64,000 bases of DNA from Bacillota bacterium (GTDB lineage: Bacteria > Bacillota > Bacilli > Bacillales > Cytobacillaceae): contig JAUZPL010000012.1 of assembly GCA_030705955.1 (NCBI GenBank), positions 6,833 through 70,832 on the forward strand, given 5' to 3'. Numbering within the stretch: the first letter of the stretch is position 1; each line of letters begins with the position of its first letter. The notes beneath the pieces were generated by a model, which was not told the origin of the DNA, searched no databases, and worked only from the letters and a program-made list of their open reading frames with translations. The translations under genes and the position numbers were made by a program. Shown in pieces: positions 17,945 through 28,514 of this stretch.

Positions 17945-18691
17945 CTATTTAACGTTTAAAAAGCTTGGAATTCGTCCTTCTGATAAAAGATTCCCCACAA
18001 AGAAGGCTCCAAATTCACCATACCGTGCACTAACCTCATCAAACCGCATTTCATATACAAGTTTTTTAAATTGAAGAACATCGTCTGCAAAAAGTGTGAC
18101 GCCCCATTCATAATCGTCAAACCCGACAGACCCCGTAATAATTTGTTTCACCTTACCGGCATACTTACGTCCAATCATACCGTGGCTATACATTAATTTT
18201 TTTCGTTCCTCCATCGGAAGCATATACCAGTTATCATTGCCCTGGCGTCGCTTATCCATAGGATAGAAGCAAATATACTCTGTTCTTGGAAGTCTAGGGT
18301 AAAGGCGTGCCAGAATTTGTGGGTTTTGATATGGATCCTCGCCTGCTGGAAGGTAGTTGCTAAGTTCTACAACAGATACATAGGAATGAGCTGGAATTGT
18401 AAACTCAGCAAGCTTGCTCTTGTTAAATTCTGTTTCAATTTCATTCAATTCTGCCATGGTCGGTCTTAAAATCATCATCATAAAATCTGCCTTTTGACCA
18501 ACAATCGTATACAAGGCGTGACTGCCTTCTTTACGATCCTGCGTGGAATTCCATTTTTCAATCAGACTTAAAAACTCGTGGATTGCACTTTGACGTTCAT
18601 CACTAGAAAGCATTTTCCAAGTAGTCCAATCTATGGTCCTTAAATCGTGCAAACAGTACCAGCCATCTAATGTTTGTGCTGCTTCACTCAT
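17945..18691 (-). CDS. chdC: Coproheme decarboxylase (HemQ/ChdC, chlorite-dismutase family)
   Basis: Start moved to [16 protein letters not shown] behind TAGGAGTGA. Matches my recollection of YwfI/HemQ. Confidence 0.85.
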   Translation of the reverse strand: MSEAAQTLDGWYCLHDLRTIDWTTWKMLSSDERQSAIHEFLSLIEKWNSTQDRKEGSHALYTIVGQKADFMMMILRPTMAELNEIETEFNKSKLAEFTIPAHSYVSVVELSNYLPAGEDPYQNPQILARLYPRLPRTEYICFYPMDKRRQGNDNWYMLPMEERKKLMYSHGMIGRKYAGKVKQIITGSVGFDDYEWGVTLFADDVLQFKKLVYEMRFDEVSARYGEFGAFFVGNLLSEGRIPSFLNVK

Positions 18692-18959
18692 TATAATCAC
18701 TCCTAAATAATAATTGTACTTAATAATTATCATTACTATATCATAGTTTCACCAAGAGAAGCATGAATAAAACCCTAGAGCTTTTTTTCAATAAAAATTA
18801 GAAGGATAATTTTATCAAAGCTACAAATAGTAACAATAGCCATTATAATTATTTGAAAACAAAAACATTTTTAGGAAAGTAGAATTCTTGATGTATATCC
18901 TTGAATTTTAAAATGAGTAAAGTATGCTAATAAAGTAGAAAAACAAAGGAGGATTTATT

Positions 18960-19931
18960 GTGAGTGATTTATTTGAAGGATTAAAACAAAAAATTTCTGG
19001 ACGCAATTTAAAAATTGTATTTCCAGAGGGATTAGATGAAAGAATTTTAAAGGCTGCTGGGCGCCTTGCCGAGGAGAACCTGCTCACACCAATTTTAGTA
19101 GGTAATATTGAAGAGGTACAGAATAAAGCAAAAGAATTAGGTGTATCATTGGATTCTGCAGAAATCTATGATCCAAAAAACTATGCTGGCATGGATGAAC
19201 TTGTTGCTTCTTTTGTTGAGCGCCGTAAAGGAAAAGCGACAGAAGAGGATGCAAGAAAAATTCTCCTTGATGAAAACTACTTTGGAACAATGTTAGTCTA
19301 TTTAAATAAAGCAAATGGACTTGTAAGTGGTGCTGCTCATTCCACTGCAGACACCGTGCGCCCAGCTTTACAAATTATTAAAACAAAACAAGGTGTAAGT
19401 AAAACATCAGGCGTATTCATTATGGTGCGTGATGATGAGAAATATGTATTCGCTGATTGTGCTATTAATATTGCACCCGATAGCAATGATTTAGCAGAAA
19501 TTGCAATTGAAAGTGCAAAAACAGCTAAAATGTTTGATATGGATCCTCGTGTAGCAATGCTAAGTTTCTCAACAAAGGGATCTGCAAAGTCAGATGAGAC
19601 TGAAAAAGTATCAGCGGCAGTGAAGGAAGCAAAGCTTCGTGCTCCAGAACTTGTTCTTGATGGTGAATTCCAGTTTGATGCTGCATTTGTTCCATCTGTA
19701 GCGAAGAGCAAGGCACCAGACTCTCCAATTCAAGGGGATGCAAATGTATTTATTTTCCCAAGCTTAGAAGCAGGAAACATCGGCTACAAAATTGCACAAC
19801 GCCTTGGAAACTTTGAGGCAGTAGGTCCTATTTTACAAGGATTAAACGCTCCTGTGAATGATTTATCACGTGGCTGTAACGATGAAGATGTATACAAGCT
19901 TTCATTAATTACAGCTGGACAAGCTATATAA
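18960..19931 (+). CDS. pta: Phosphate acetyltransferase
   Basis: 323 aa with GTG start and RBS AAGGAGGA. Recognised as Pta by overall sequence (e.g. the SRGCN motif). Confidence 0.9.
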   Translation: MSDLFEGLKQKISGRNLKIVFPEGLDERILKAAGRLAEENLLTPILVGNIEEVQNKAKELGVSLDSAEIYDPKNYAGMDELVASFVERRKGKATEEDARKILLDENYFGTMLVYLNKANGLVSGAAHSTADTVRPALQIIKTKQGVSKTSGVFIMVRDDEKYVFADCAINIAPDSNDLAEIAIESAKTAKMFDMDPRVAMLSFSTKGSAKSDETEKVSAAVKEAKLRAPELVLDGEFQFDAAFVPSVAKSKAPDSPIQGDANVFIFPSLEAGNIGYKIAQRLGNFEAVGPILQGLNAPVNDLSRGCNDEDVYKLSLITAGQAI

Positions 19932-19943
19932 GTTTTGTTCTGG

Positions 19944-19984
19944 AAGAGCTAGTTCCAAATTAGGGACTAGCTCTTCATTTTTGG
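19944..19984 (+). terminator. pta terminator
   Basis: GAAGAGCTAGT-N12-ACTAGCTCTTC followed by ATTTTT. Confidence 0.8.
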
Positions 19985-20016
19985 TACTATTAAAGTATAT
20001 TAAAGGGGGGCGCAAT

Positions 20017-20850
20017 ATGAACGCTTTGCTTCAACAGGAGGAATGGCGGGTTATTGATCAATCTGCTGTTGGAATGCATTTTCATGCATTGCAGTCATTT
20101 GGAACAGACGATACGCTGTGTGCTTCAGTTGGGACAGGAAAGGCTCCGGCTACTGCACGTACTTGGGTACATCATAAAACAATAGTCCTTGGAATTCAGG
20201 ATACGAAACTGCCTCATTTAGAGGAAGGAATTCACTTTTTAAATGAACAGGGTTATCAATCAATTGTTCGAAACTCTGGTGGATTAGCGGTTGTATTAGA
20301 TGAAGGTGTTCTAAATATTTCATTAATTTTACCAGAAACTGAAAAGGGTATTGATATTAATCGTGGCTATGAGGCCATGTGGGAATTAATAAAAAATATG
20401 TTTGCTGATTTTCATGAGCAAATTGAAGCGAAAGAAATTATTGGCTCCTATTGCCCCGGGAGTTACGATTTAAGTATTTCTGGAAAAAAATTCGCTGGTA
20501 TTTCACAGCGCCGTTTAAAAAAAGGAGTAGCCGTTCAAATTTATCTTTGTCTTTCTGGCTCCGGAAGTAAACGAGCCCAGCTAGTAAAAGAATTTTACGA
20601 GATTGCCATAAAAGGGGAACAAACAAAATTTGCCTATCCCAAAATTGTACCTGAAGTGATGGCATCTCTTTCTGAATTGCTTCATGATCAGTTTACAACA
20701 TCCGATATCCTACTCCGGCTATTTAAAGAATTAAAGAAGAATAGCGGACAATTATACAGCGGACAACTAAATGAATACGAATTAGAACTGCTTCCAAACT
20801 ACTATCAAAGAGTGGTTGAAAGAAATGAACAATATATAAAGAGCCGTTAA
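20017..20850 (+). CDS. lipL: Octanoyl-[GcvH]:protein N-octanoyltransferase LipL (lipoate-protein ligase family)
   Basis: Start moved to ATG 20017 behind AAAGGGGGG. Position and sequence are YwfL-like. Confidence 0.75.
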   Translation: MNALLQQEEWRVIDQSAVGMHFHALQSFGTDDTLCASVGTGKAPATARTWVHHKTIVLGIQDTKLPHLEEGIHFLNEQGYQSIVRNSGGLAVVLDEGVLNISLILPETEKGIDINRGYEAMWELIKNMFADFHEQIEAKEIIGSYCPGSYDLSISGKKFAGISQRRLKKGVAVQIYLCLSGSGSKRAQLVKEFYEIAIKGEQTKFAYPKIVPEVMASLSELLHDQFTTSDILLRLFKELKKNSGQLYSGQLNEYELELLPNYYQRVVERNEQYIKSR

Positions 20851-20917
20851 TCATAGGATTTACGGCTCTTTTATCATGAAGATGCTGTGCTCTTTCTTCT
20901 CTCCCAATTATTTCTAT

Positions 20918-21652
20918 CTATTCAGCTACTTTTTCTAGGTTCCCGTTACGGTCCATTTTGAATTTAGTAGCTGGTCTTTCTTCCTCATCGAATAAGACAA
21001 GCTTTCTTGCCCGATTCATAATTTTCATTAAGGTCTCATAATCTTCTTGAATGGTAACAGAATTTTGCTCCAGATCCTTAATTTTTGCATCCATTTCTGC
21101 ATTTTGTTTTCGTAACTCAGCCATTTCTCTTTTTAATCTTTCATTCTCACTTTTTAATGCATCATTTTGCAGATTGGAATGATTTAAGTTTGCCAAATAA
21201 TCAACCACTATATCTAATGAAAGACCAGAATTTTGTGGTCGGAAAGTGGAAACAATCGGTTTTACATACGTTTCTGTAGCCATCTCAACTTCAGTTTCTA
21301 CATGATAAGTGGGCATTACTTCCTCTTCACTTACCGGTATTGGCATTGACTCTAATTCTTCAGAAACACCTACAGGCGGACTGTATAATAACTTTTTCTT
21401 TCCTCCTTGGTCCTTTCCAAGAACTCGTTGTCTTTGTTTTCTTTGTTTCTTTGATAACTGAAGAGCTTTCTCATAGTGGTGTCTTACAACTGCATTCCAT
21501 CTAAAGCCGCAGGCAGCAGAGGTTCGATTTAGTTTATCACCAACCTCTTCAAATGCATTAAGCTGTGTACTGCCTTCCCTTACATGCCTTAAAACGGTTT
21601 CAGCTAAAAGTAAATCATTTTCATCTGTCCAAGCATCTTGACGAACTTTCAT
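20918..21652 (-). CDS. rsfA: Prespore transcription regulator RsfA (Myb-like)
   Basis: N-terminal [35 protein letters not shown]...[10 protein letters not shown] motif. Confidence 0.8.
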   Translation of the reverse strand: MKVRQDAWTDENDLLLAETVLRHVREGSTQLNAFEEVGDKLNRTSAACGFRWNAVVRHHYEKALQLSKKQRKQRQRVLGKDQGGKKKLLYSPPVGVSEELESMPIPVSEEEVMPTYHVETEVEMATETYVKPIVSTFRPQNSGLSLDIVVDYLANLNHSNLQNDALKSENERLKREMAELRKQNAEMDAKIKDLEQNSVTIQEDYETLMKIMNRARKLVLFDEEERPATKFKMDRNGNLEKVAE

Positions 21653-21920
21653 TTCTTCAACTCCCTTTAACTATTTACAATTAACATCATTAGGCCTTTT
21701 AAGCTAGGACTAACGAGTTTTTAAAAGTTCTAGTCTAAGGATTTCCAAATTTTTAAAGGTTTATACCAAATGGAATGAAAGGATAGTAGATTTTTTTTAA
21801 GTTTATAAGAGGTAGCTCCTTGATTTCAAAAGAAAGAAAATGTAAAATAAAGTTTGTTTTTAAAGTTTACAAATTGGATAATCTAAGTAATATTCATATA
21901 GAAGAAGGGACTTGGAAGAG

Positions 21921-22142
21921 ATGTCGAATGAATTTCGGGTTTGTGACGACTGTCAAGGTGTAAATTTGAAGACATTGATCCCTCGTTTAAAAGAGCTTGA
22001 TCCTGATGCAGAGATCAAGATTGGTTGCCAATCCTATTGTGGACCAGGTCGGAAAAAGACCTTTGCGTTTATAAATAATCGCCCGGTTGCCGCTTTAACC
22101 GAAGAGGAATTAATGGAAAAAGTAAATAAAAAGTTGAAATAA
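21921..22142 (+). CDS. DUF1450 small Cys-rich protein
   Basis: About 73 aa with CDDC...[11 protein letters not shown] 21921 preferred over TTG 21912. Confidence 0.6.
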   Translation: MSNEFRVCDDCQGVNLKTLIPRLKELDPDAEIKIGCQSYCGPGRKKTFAFINNRPVAALTEEELMEKVNKKLK

Positions 22143-22254
22143 TCACCTTTATCACGTTTAAGGTGATTTTCTTTTTTGGCTAAAATTGTTGAAATATGGG
22201 TGATTTGCCTATCAAATGGGGATATAATAGAAACAAGAATAGGAGGGTAGGGTA

Positions 22255-23553
22255 ATGGTATATTCGGCAGAAAAACTGAGTGAAGAAAAAGTGTTCAAGG
22301 ATCCTGTACATCGCTATGTTCATGTAAGGGATAAAGTTATTTGGGATCTAATTGGAACAAAGGAATTTCAGCGTCTTAGAAGAATTAAACAGCTGGGTAC
22401 GACCTTCTTAACCTTTCACGGTGCTGAACATAGCCGTTTTAACCACTCTCTTGGGGTATATGAAATTGTTCGCCGTATTATCGATGATGTATTTGCCGGT
22501 AGACCGGAATGGAACGATTCTGACCGTCTCCTTACATTATGTTCAGCCCTTCTTCATGATTTGGGACATGGCCCTTTTTCACATTCCTTTGAAAAGGTGT
22601 TTCAATTGGACCATGAAGATTTTACACGTGCCATTATCTTAGGAGATACCGAGGTAAATAAAGTACTAACAAAGGTTTCCCCAGACTTTCCAGCAAAGGT
22701 AGCTGAAGTCATTGCAAAAACCTCAGAAAAAAAGTTGGTTGTCAGTTTAATTTCAAGCCAAATTGATGCAGATCGAATGGATTATTTGCAGAGGGATGCG
22801 TATTTTACTGGTGTAAGCTATGGACAATTTGATATGGAACGAATTCTAAGGGTGATGCGCCCGAGAGAAGATCAAGTCGTTATTAAACAAAGTGGAATGC
22901 ACGCGGTTGAAGATTATATTATGAGCCGCTACCAAATGTACTGGCAAGTATATTTTCACCCTGTTTCCCGCAGCGCGGAGGTTATTCTTTCAAGAATTCT
23001 CCACCGTGCAAAGGATTTATTTAATGAAGGGTACTTATTTAAATATCCTCCCCATCATTTCTTTTCATTTTTTAAAGAAAAGGTGGATGTAGAGGATTAC
23101 TTAAAATTAGATGAAGCTGTAATAGTATACTATTTTCAAATTTGGCAGGAAGAATCAGATTTTATTCTCAGTGATCTTTGTAGTAGGTTTATAAATCGAA
23201 ATTTGTTTAAGTTTGTGGAATTTGATCCTGCAAAAGAATATAAAAAACTTGGTGAATTAACTTCGTTATTTAAAAAAGCAGGAATAGATCCGGAGTATTA
23301 TCTTGTTGTGGATTCCTCATCTGATTTACCGTATGACTTTTATCGTCCGGGGGAAGAGGAGGAGCGACTTCCTATTCACCTCCTGATGAAAAATGGAGAG
23401 TTACGTGAGCTTTCACGAGAATCTGAAATTGTTGATGCTATTTCTGGGAAAAGAAGAACAGACCATAAGCTTTATTTCCCGGCAGACCTGATTCACGATG
23501 AGACAAACAAGAAAAATATGAAAAAACAAATTAAAACCCTTTTAGAGATATAA
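22255..23553 (+). CDS. ywfO: HD-domain phosphohydrolase (YwfO-like)
   Basis: 432 aa with HSLGV...LLHDLGHGPFSH...DADRMDYLQRD motifs. Confidence 0.85.
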   Translation: MVYSAEKLSEEKVFKDPVHRYVHVRDKVIWDLIGTKEFQRLRRIKQLGTTFLTFHGAEHSRFNHSLGVYEIVRRIIDDVFAGRPEWNDSDRLLTLCSALLHDLGHGPFSHSFEKVFQLDHEDFTRAIILGDTEVNKVLTKVSPDFPAKVAEVIAKTSEKKLVVSLISSQIDADRMDYLQRDAYFTGVSYGQFDMERILRVMRPREDQVVIKQSGMHAVEDYIMSRYQMYWQVYFHPVSRSAEVILSRILHRAKDLFNEGYLFKYPPHHFFSFFKEKVDVEDYLKLDEAVIVYYFQIWQEESDFILSDLCSRFINRNLFKFVEFDPAKEYKKLGELTSLFKKAGIDPEYYLVVDSSSDLPYDFYRPGEEEERLPIHLLMKNGELRELSRESEIVDAISGKRRTDHKLYFPADLIHDETNKKNMKKQIKTLLEI

Positions 23554-23589
23554 GAGATTCGGTTTAAATGGAGCAGGAGATGAAGAACG

Positions 23590-24099
23590 TTGTTAAACGA
23601 TCATGCCAAACTAATGAACGCAATTTTAGTTTCCGGTGAAATTGTTGGGCGGAAAAGGCTTCAAAAAATGATTTTTATCGCCAAAAAACTATCCTTTTCA
23701 TTTCAGGAAAAATTCCAATTTCACTTTTATGGCCCTTACTCCGAAGAATTAACCTTGAGAGTGGAAGAACTATGCAATATGGGGTTTTTGGACGAAATAA
23801 GGGAGAAAAAAGGTGGATATTATCAATATCGATATACCTTAACTGAGCCAGGAAAAGAGTTTTTAAGTTTAAATAAAATAGAAATGCCCTTTTTACAAGA
23901 TTGCCTCCAAGACATGAACACAAAAAATGCTAGATTTTTGGAACTAGTCTCAACGGTCTTATATTTTGATAATCTACCGAAAAGTGAAGTAGTAAATAAA
24001 GTATTTACTTTAAAAAGCAGTCAACACTATATCGAAGAAGAAATCAATGAGGCTTATTTGTATATCGAATCCATAAAAGAAAAAGCTAAGCTCCAATAA
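23590..24099 (+). CDS. ywgA: YwgA-like protein
   Basis: 169 aa. Position and sequence match YwgA as I recall it. Start uncertain (TTG 23590 or a later ATG). Confidence 0.6.
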   Translation: MLNDHAKLMNAILVSGEIVGRKRLQKMIFIAKKLSFSFQEKFQFHFYGPYSEELTLRVEELCNMGFLDEIREKKGGYYQYRYTLTEPGKEFLSLNKIEMPFLQDCLQDMNTKNARFLELVSTVLYFDNLPKSEVVNKVFTLKSSQHYIEEEINEAYLYIESIKEKAKLQ

Positions 24100-24121
24100 G
24101 GAGACTTAGCTTTCTTTCGTT

Positions 24122-24307
24122 TTATTTATCACTAAATCTTACTCCGCCTTGGGCATAGTGATTTTTTGTCATTTCTTCAATAAAGACAGTAACATTTTCT
24201 TTTGGAGCGCCTGTTGTTTCACTGACAACTTCTGTTACTTTTTCAACTAAAGCCTTTTTTTGTTCCTCTGTACGTCCAGTGAGCATTTTAACGGTTACAT
24301 ATGGCAT
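24122..24307 (-). CDS. ywhB: 4-oxalocrotonate tautomerase family enzyme (YwhB)
   Basis: Start moved to MPYVTVKM, because the family needs Pro as residue 2 (catalytic Pro1 after Met removal). 61 aa. Confidence 0.8.
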   Translation of the reverse strand: MPYVTVKMLTGRTEEQKKALVEKVTEVVSETTGAPKENVTVFIEEMTKNHYAQGGVRFSDK

Positions 24308-24464
24308 GTGCATGTCCTCCCTTTTATCTATAAAATAAGTTTTTCATATCTTAAGTAAAAGTGCAAGAAAGCTTCTTAAGAAAATTTTCCTTTTATAACT
24401 CATTTCATGTATACTAATTTCAACAGCTTTCCGTCTTAGGCAATTAGGAAGGAGGAGTGAAAAA

Positions 24465-25124
24465 ATGGATCAATTACAGCGGTATCTCGCGTATCCATTA
24501 CGGGATATTCCTTATGTTGCAATTACCCTAATGATTGCTTTTACCGTTCACGAATTTTCACATGCGTATGTGGCATATAAATTTGGCGATCCTACAGCCA
24601 AAAAACAAGGGCGTCTGACATTAAATCCATTTCAACATCTAGATCCAATAGGAACATTGTTGATTTTTATTGCAGGTTTTGGCTGGGCACGACCTGTTCC
24701 CGTAAATAGCTTTTACTTTAAGAAGCCTCGTCTTGCAGGAGTGCTTGTTACGGTTGCTGGGCCACTTAGCAATTTAATATTAGCAGCGTTGGGTATTATT
24801 ATTTGGTATGCCTTCAATCTAACAAGTGAAACTTCACCTAATTTTTATGAATTTCTTAACCTATTTATTGAACTTAATGCTGTTTTATTTGTTTTTAATT
24901 TACTGCCATTTCCTCCGTTAGATGGATATCGGATTATTGAAGATTTGGTTCCAAGAGGATTTCGAGCAAAAATGACCCAAGTAGAAACATATGGGGCCAT
25001 TATTTTTCTTGCAATTGTCATTATTCCACAGCTAGGCGAATATACAATTCAACCGATTTTTAACATTGTTGTTCCATCACTTTTAAATGGTTTAGATCAC
25101 TTTTTTTCTCAATTGTTTATGTAG
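24465..25124 (+). CDS. ywhC: Site-2 protease family (M50) membrane metalloprotease (YwhC-like)
   Basis: HEFSHA zinc motif, polytopic, LPFPPLDG motif. Confidence 0.8.
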   Translation: MDQLQRYLAYPLRDIPYVAITLMIAFTVHEFSHAYVAYKFGDPTAKKQGRLTLNPFQHLDPIGTLLIFIAGFGWARPVPVNSFYFKKPRLAGVLVTVAGPLSNLILAALGIIIWYAFNLTSETSPNFYEFLNLFIELNAVLFVFNLLPFPPLDGYRIIEDLVPRGFRAKMTQVETYGAIIFLAIVIIPQLGEYTIQPIFNIVVPSLLNGLDHFFSQLFM

Positions 25125-25145
25125 GGTAAGGAGGCAACAAGTTTC

Positions 25146-25646
25146 ATGGAAAAAAAGAAGCTGGGTTTTAATATTATAAAAAGTGACCCAACAGATGGGC
25201 ACCGGGGTTATGGAAAAGGTGCTTTAAGCCTTGATAATGTATCTCCTGTGATTATTGATGTGGAAGCAGGAGAGGCAACCATTGATGTTGGAGCCATGCA
25301 TGCTAGAAGTGTAATTGAAAAAGGAATAAAATTTCTTCCTTCAAAAGAAGAGGTACCAAATGGAAAACCACACTGGCTGGTCTGGGTCACCATTGATAGA
25401 GATGAAAATGGGCCATATTATGCTGGGGTGACTGCCTGCGAAATGACGGTTGACCGCGAGATTCGAAGAGGCTATAAATCCCTTCCAGAACATGTGAACC
25501 GGATGGATAAATCCCTCAAAAGACATATTATAGTCGACCATATGGATAATCGATCAAAAAAAATATTAGCCAATTTTCTTCGTGAACATAATGAAGAATA
25601 TTGGAACCATTCCTCTGAAAAGCTGAAAGAGGACTTATTCGTGTAA
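25146..25646 (+). CDS. ywhD: YwhD-family protein
   Basis: 166 aa, syntenic between ywhC and pbpG. Confidence 0.65.
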   Translation: MEKKKLGFNIIKSDPTDGHRGYGKGALSLDNVSPVIIDVEAGEATIDVGAMHARSVIEKGIKFLPSKEEVPNGKPHWLVWVTIDRDENGPYYAGVTACEMTVDREIRRGYKSLPEHVNRMDKSLKRHIIVDHMDNRSKKILANFLREHNEEYWNHSSEKLKEDLFV

Positions 25647-25760
25647 TAAACACTATCCAAATGTGGCAAATTTTCGAAATTGAAATCAAAGTGTATTGTA
25701 GTTTTTAAATAAAACAAGTAAACTATAAGCAACGTGAATACACGTTAAACTAGGACAGAA

Positions 25761-25800
25761 AAAGCTCCCTGTATAGTACTTGGGGCTTTTTTATTTTTTT
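25761..25800 (+). terminator. Probable ywhD terminator
   Basis: AAAGCTCCC-N12-GGGGCTTT followed by TTTATTTTTTT. Confidence 0.55.
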
Positions 25801-25896
25801 ATAAAAGATCAACAGGAATAAAAATGAAGAGAAAATAACTTATGCCAGGCGCCCGCCTGGCATTTTGAATGGCAAAAAAAGGTGAATTTAAAGAAG

Positions 25897-26025
25897 ATGA
25901 CGGGTAAAAAGTGCAAAGTGACGGGTAAAAGGGGAAAACCTGCTGGTAAAACAAAAAAACCGACTGGTAAAAAACAAAAAGTGACGGGTAAAGAGGAAAG
26001 ACCCTTTCATCAGGAGGATACTTGA
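25897..26025 (+). CDS. Hypothetical Lys-rich micro-ORF inside repeat unit 1 (42 aa, MTGKKCKVTGKRGKPAGKTKKPTGKKQKVTGKEERPFHQEDT)
   Basis: Hand translation. A heptad K-x-T/A-G-K-x-x follows the 21-nt DNA period. The only SD-like AAGGTG is 12 nt upstream, and the opposite strand is also open, so coding status is unproven. Confidence 0.2.
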   Translation: MTGKKCKVTGKRGKPAGKTKKPTGKKQKVTGKEERPFHQEDT

Positions 26026-26104
26026 ATAAAAATGAAGAGAAAATAACCTATGCCAGGCACTTGCCTGGCATTTAGAATGACAAAAAAAGGTGAATTTAAA
26101 GAAG

Positions 26105-26239
26105 ATGACGGGTAAAAAGTGCAAAGTGACGAGTAAAAGGGAAAAACCTGCTGGTAAAACAAAAAAACCGACTGGTAAAAAACAAAAGGTGACGAGTAAA
26201 GAGGAAAGACCCTTTCAACGGGAGGATCTTTTAATCTAA
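26105..26239 (+). CDS. Hypothetical Lys-rich micro-ORF inside repeat unit 2 (44 aa, MTGKKCKVTSKREKPAGKTKKPTGKKQKVTSKEERPFQREDLLI)
   Basis: Paralog of 25897..26025. In the repeat core, 3 of 4 differences are non-synonymous. Confidence 0.2.
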   Translation: MTGKKCKVTSKREKPAGKTKKPTGKKQKVTSKEERPFQREDLLI

Positions 26240-26271
26240 AAATGAAGAGGACCTGCCTGGTGCATATTAAA

Positions 26272-26320
26272 ATCCCACAAAAAAAAGAAAAAACCCGCTG
26301 GACTCCTCATTTCCAACGGG
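26272..26320 (-). terminator. pbpG terminator
   Basis: ACCCGCTGG-N11-CCAACGGGT with a long T-run on the minus strand. Confidence 0.7.
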
Positions 26321-26326
26321 TAAAAA

Positions 26327-28393
26327 TTAATGCCCCCAATGTAAAATCCGCTGATACCATGGAATTTGCTTTGTTTGTTTCTCCATCTGTTTTAAATCGG
26401 ATTGTGGCAGGTGGTCCGTACAATATTCTGTTGGTTCGGTCCCAGTTACGAAATAAGTGAATCGTCTGACCGGACAATCACTTGTCGCGAGCTTACCATT
26501 TGTAGGATCTACATAAACGCCTACTACTCCTTCTTTTGGAGCCTTGAATTTTTTGATAGGCTGATCCTTTAATGCATCTTCCATAAAATGAGCCCAAATA
26601 TATTTAGCATAGGTTTTCTCGGCTACGAGGTCGATGGATTGAGCCTTATCGTAGCCTGTCCAAACAGCTGTTACTAGCTGCGGGGTAAAGCCAATCATCC
26701 AGCTATCTGTTTCGGTAGAACCAGATTTTCCTGCATATGGACGGGATAGCAGCTTAAGAACCGTGCTGCCTGTCACGCTTGAATATCCATTTAATTTAGG
26801 GTCAAAAATACCTTTCAACATTTGAGTCATCACAAATGCTTTTGCAGGATCAAGAATTTGCTCATGATCAGGTTCTTTTTGATAGATGACTTTTCCGTTA
26901 AAGTCTTCAACCCGTGTAATAAGAGTAGGAGTTACCTTTTTTCCTCCATTGGCAAATAGACTATAAGCACTGGCCATATCAATAATGCGAACACCTGAAG
27001 ACCCAAGAGCAAGGGAAGGAACCTTCTTCATTTTTGTTGAAATGCCAAACTTTTTGGCTGTTTGGACTAATGTATCCTCTCCCATAAATAAATGAGTTTT
27101 TACCGCAAAAATATTATCTGAAAGAGCAAGTGCCTGGGCCAATGTAATTTCCCCATCAGCATATTTATTATTAAAATTATGTGGGGAATAAGTAGCACTC
27201 CCATCATCAAAGCGAAAGGTTGTAGGTTCACTCCTCATTGTTGTGGAAGGAGTAAAGCCTTGTCCAAGGGCTGCATAATAAAGAATGGGCTTGATGGTAG
27301 AACCCGGCTGTCTAATTGCCTGCACAGCTCGATTAAAAGGGCTTTTTGCATAGTCCCTTCCACCAATCATCGCTTTGACATTCCCTGTATTTGGGTCCAT
27401 TGCAACTAAACCGGTCTGAATATCCGACCCACTTGCAATGGTTTTCTTGACCTCATCCTCAGCAGCCTGCTGGTCCTTTAGATTAAGGGTGGTATACACT
27501 TTTAAACCGCCTAAAGCAATCGTACGGTCATCTAAGTGAAGCTGGTTTTTAAGTGCATTTTTAACAGCATCCTGAAAGTATGGTGCCACACCCATATGTT
27601 GATGTGGGTACTTTCCAACAAATGTAAGGGGAGCTTGTGCTGCTGAATTGGCAGTCTTTTTATTGATATACCCATTGTCAATCATAGACTTCAGGACAAT
27701 ATCCTGCCGCCTTTTGGCATTTTTAATGGAAACGAGAGGAGAATAAATCCCAGGTCCCTTTGGAATTCCTGCAAGCATAGTAGCTTCTGCAAGGGTTAAA
27801 TCAGAAGCATTTTTTCCAAAATAATATTGGCTTGCGGCTTGAACACCATAAGCTCCATTTCCATAGTAAATGGTATTTAAATATCCCTCGAGGATATCAC
27901 TTTTTGAATAATTCATTTCAAGGCGTAGTGTATAAAAAGCCTCAAGTAACTTTCTTGACCATGTTTTATCATATTCAAGGAAAAGATTTTTTGCATATTG
28001 CTGGGTAATCGTACTGGCCCCTTGTACTTTATTGAATGCCCTAATATCAGCAAATGTTGCACTGGCAATACGCTTAAAGTCAAAGCCATGGTGATGATAA
28101 AAATTTTTATCCTCAATAGAGACCGTTGCATCAACCAAGTCAGGAGAAATATCCTTCATATGCACCCAGTACCGCTTTTGGCCGTTGTCACTTTCCCCTA
28201 TCACTTTGCCGTCATCAGAAAAGTATAAACTTGACTGTGGGACTGCTAGCGGAGGTGCCCCTAAAACCTTTGCGTAGGCAAGAACGCCACAGAGGAGAAG
28301 AAGCATACAAACCATGCCTATCAAACTGATGATGATAAAAGCACGAAGATATTTAATTGTTTTTCGAAACCCTTGATCAGTCATGATTTCCAC
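26327..28393 (-). CDS. pbpG: Class A penicillin-binding protein (transglycosylase/transpeptidase; PbpG/PBP2D-like)
   Basis: 688 aa. N-terminal TM, GT51 motifs (EDKNFYHHHGFD, GASTITQQ), SxxK-type STIKP, SDN, KSGST. Confidence 0.85.
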   Translation of the reverse strand: MEIMTDQGFRKTIKYLRAFIIISLIGMVCMLLLLCGVLAYAKVLGAPPLAVPQSSLYFSDDGKVIGESDNGQKRYWVHMKDISPDLVDATVSIEDKNFYHHHGFDFKRIASATFADIRAFNKVQGASTITQQYAKNLFLEYDKTWSRKLLEAFYTLRLEMNYSKSDILEGYLNTIYYGNGAYGVQAASQYYFGKNASDLTLAEATMLAGIPKGPGIYSPLVSIKNAKRRQDIVLKSMIDNGYINKKTANSAAQAPLTFVGKYPHQHMGVAPYFQDAVKNALKNQLHLDDRTIALGGLKVYTTLNLKDQQAAEDEVKKTIASGSDIQTGLVAMDPNTGNVKAMIGGRDYAKSPFNRAVQAIRQPGSTIKPILYYAALGQGFTPSTTMRSEPTTFRFDDGSATYSPHNFNNKYADGEITLAQALALSDNIFAVKTHLFMGEDTLVQTAKKFGISTKMKKVPSLALGSSGVRIIDMASAYSLFANGGKKVTPTLITRVEDFNGKVIYQKEPDHEQILDPAKAFVMTQMLKGIFDPKLNGYSSVTGSTVLKLLSRPYAGKSGSTETDSWMIGFTPQLVTAVWTGYDKAQSIDLVAEKTYAKYIWAHFMEDALKDQPIKKFKAPKEGVVGVYVDPTNGKLATSDCPVRRFTYFVTGTEPTEYCTDHLPQSDLKQMEKQTKQIPWYQRILHWGH

Positions 28394-28486
28394 TTGATCA
28401 CCCCCATTGGTAAAAATATCTATAGTAGCATTATGAAAAAAATGAAAGGGTTTTAAACATTTTTCAAGGGAAAATGAAAATTTTTC

Positions 28487-28514
28487 TTGAAATTTCGCAA
28501 GAATCCTCTATACT
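28487..28514 (+). promoter_or_regulatory. Putative sigma-A promoter of speEB
   Basis: TTGAAA-16 nt-TATACT. Confidence 0.45.

Larger units (their letters stand above)
25808..26262. repeat. 208-bp tandem duplication (two full units 25817..26024 and 26025..26232, plus a partial third), each with a conserved hairpin and five 21-nt sub-repeats
   Basis: Hand alignment of the two units gives about 15 substitutions and no indels. Hairpin ATGCCAGG-loop-CCTGGCAT keeps its stems while three of the six loop bases differ. The sub-repeats carry GGTAAA every 21 nt. Confidence 0.9.

Noticed and set aside
18854-18867. A CcpA cre-like word TGAAAACAAAAACA upstream of pta.
   Set aside because: It lacks the central CG and other conserved positions of the cre consensus.
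25888-26124. The 78-aa minus-strand ORF (FTRHF/FTSRF repeats) as a real protein.
   Set aside because: Its low-complexity sequence is a direct by-product of the T-rich complement of the 21-nt repeat. It spans the unit junction and the hairpin, and I saw no SD. It is kept only as an alternative within the repeat finding.
25808-26262. CRISPR array interpretation of the repeat region.
   Set aside because: The period is 208 bp with 21-nt sub-repeats that touch each other, so there are no unique spacers of about 30 nt. No cas genes are in the window, and the repeat words are only 6-12 nt.
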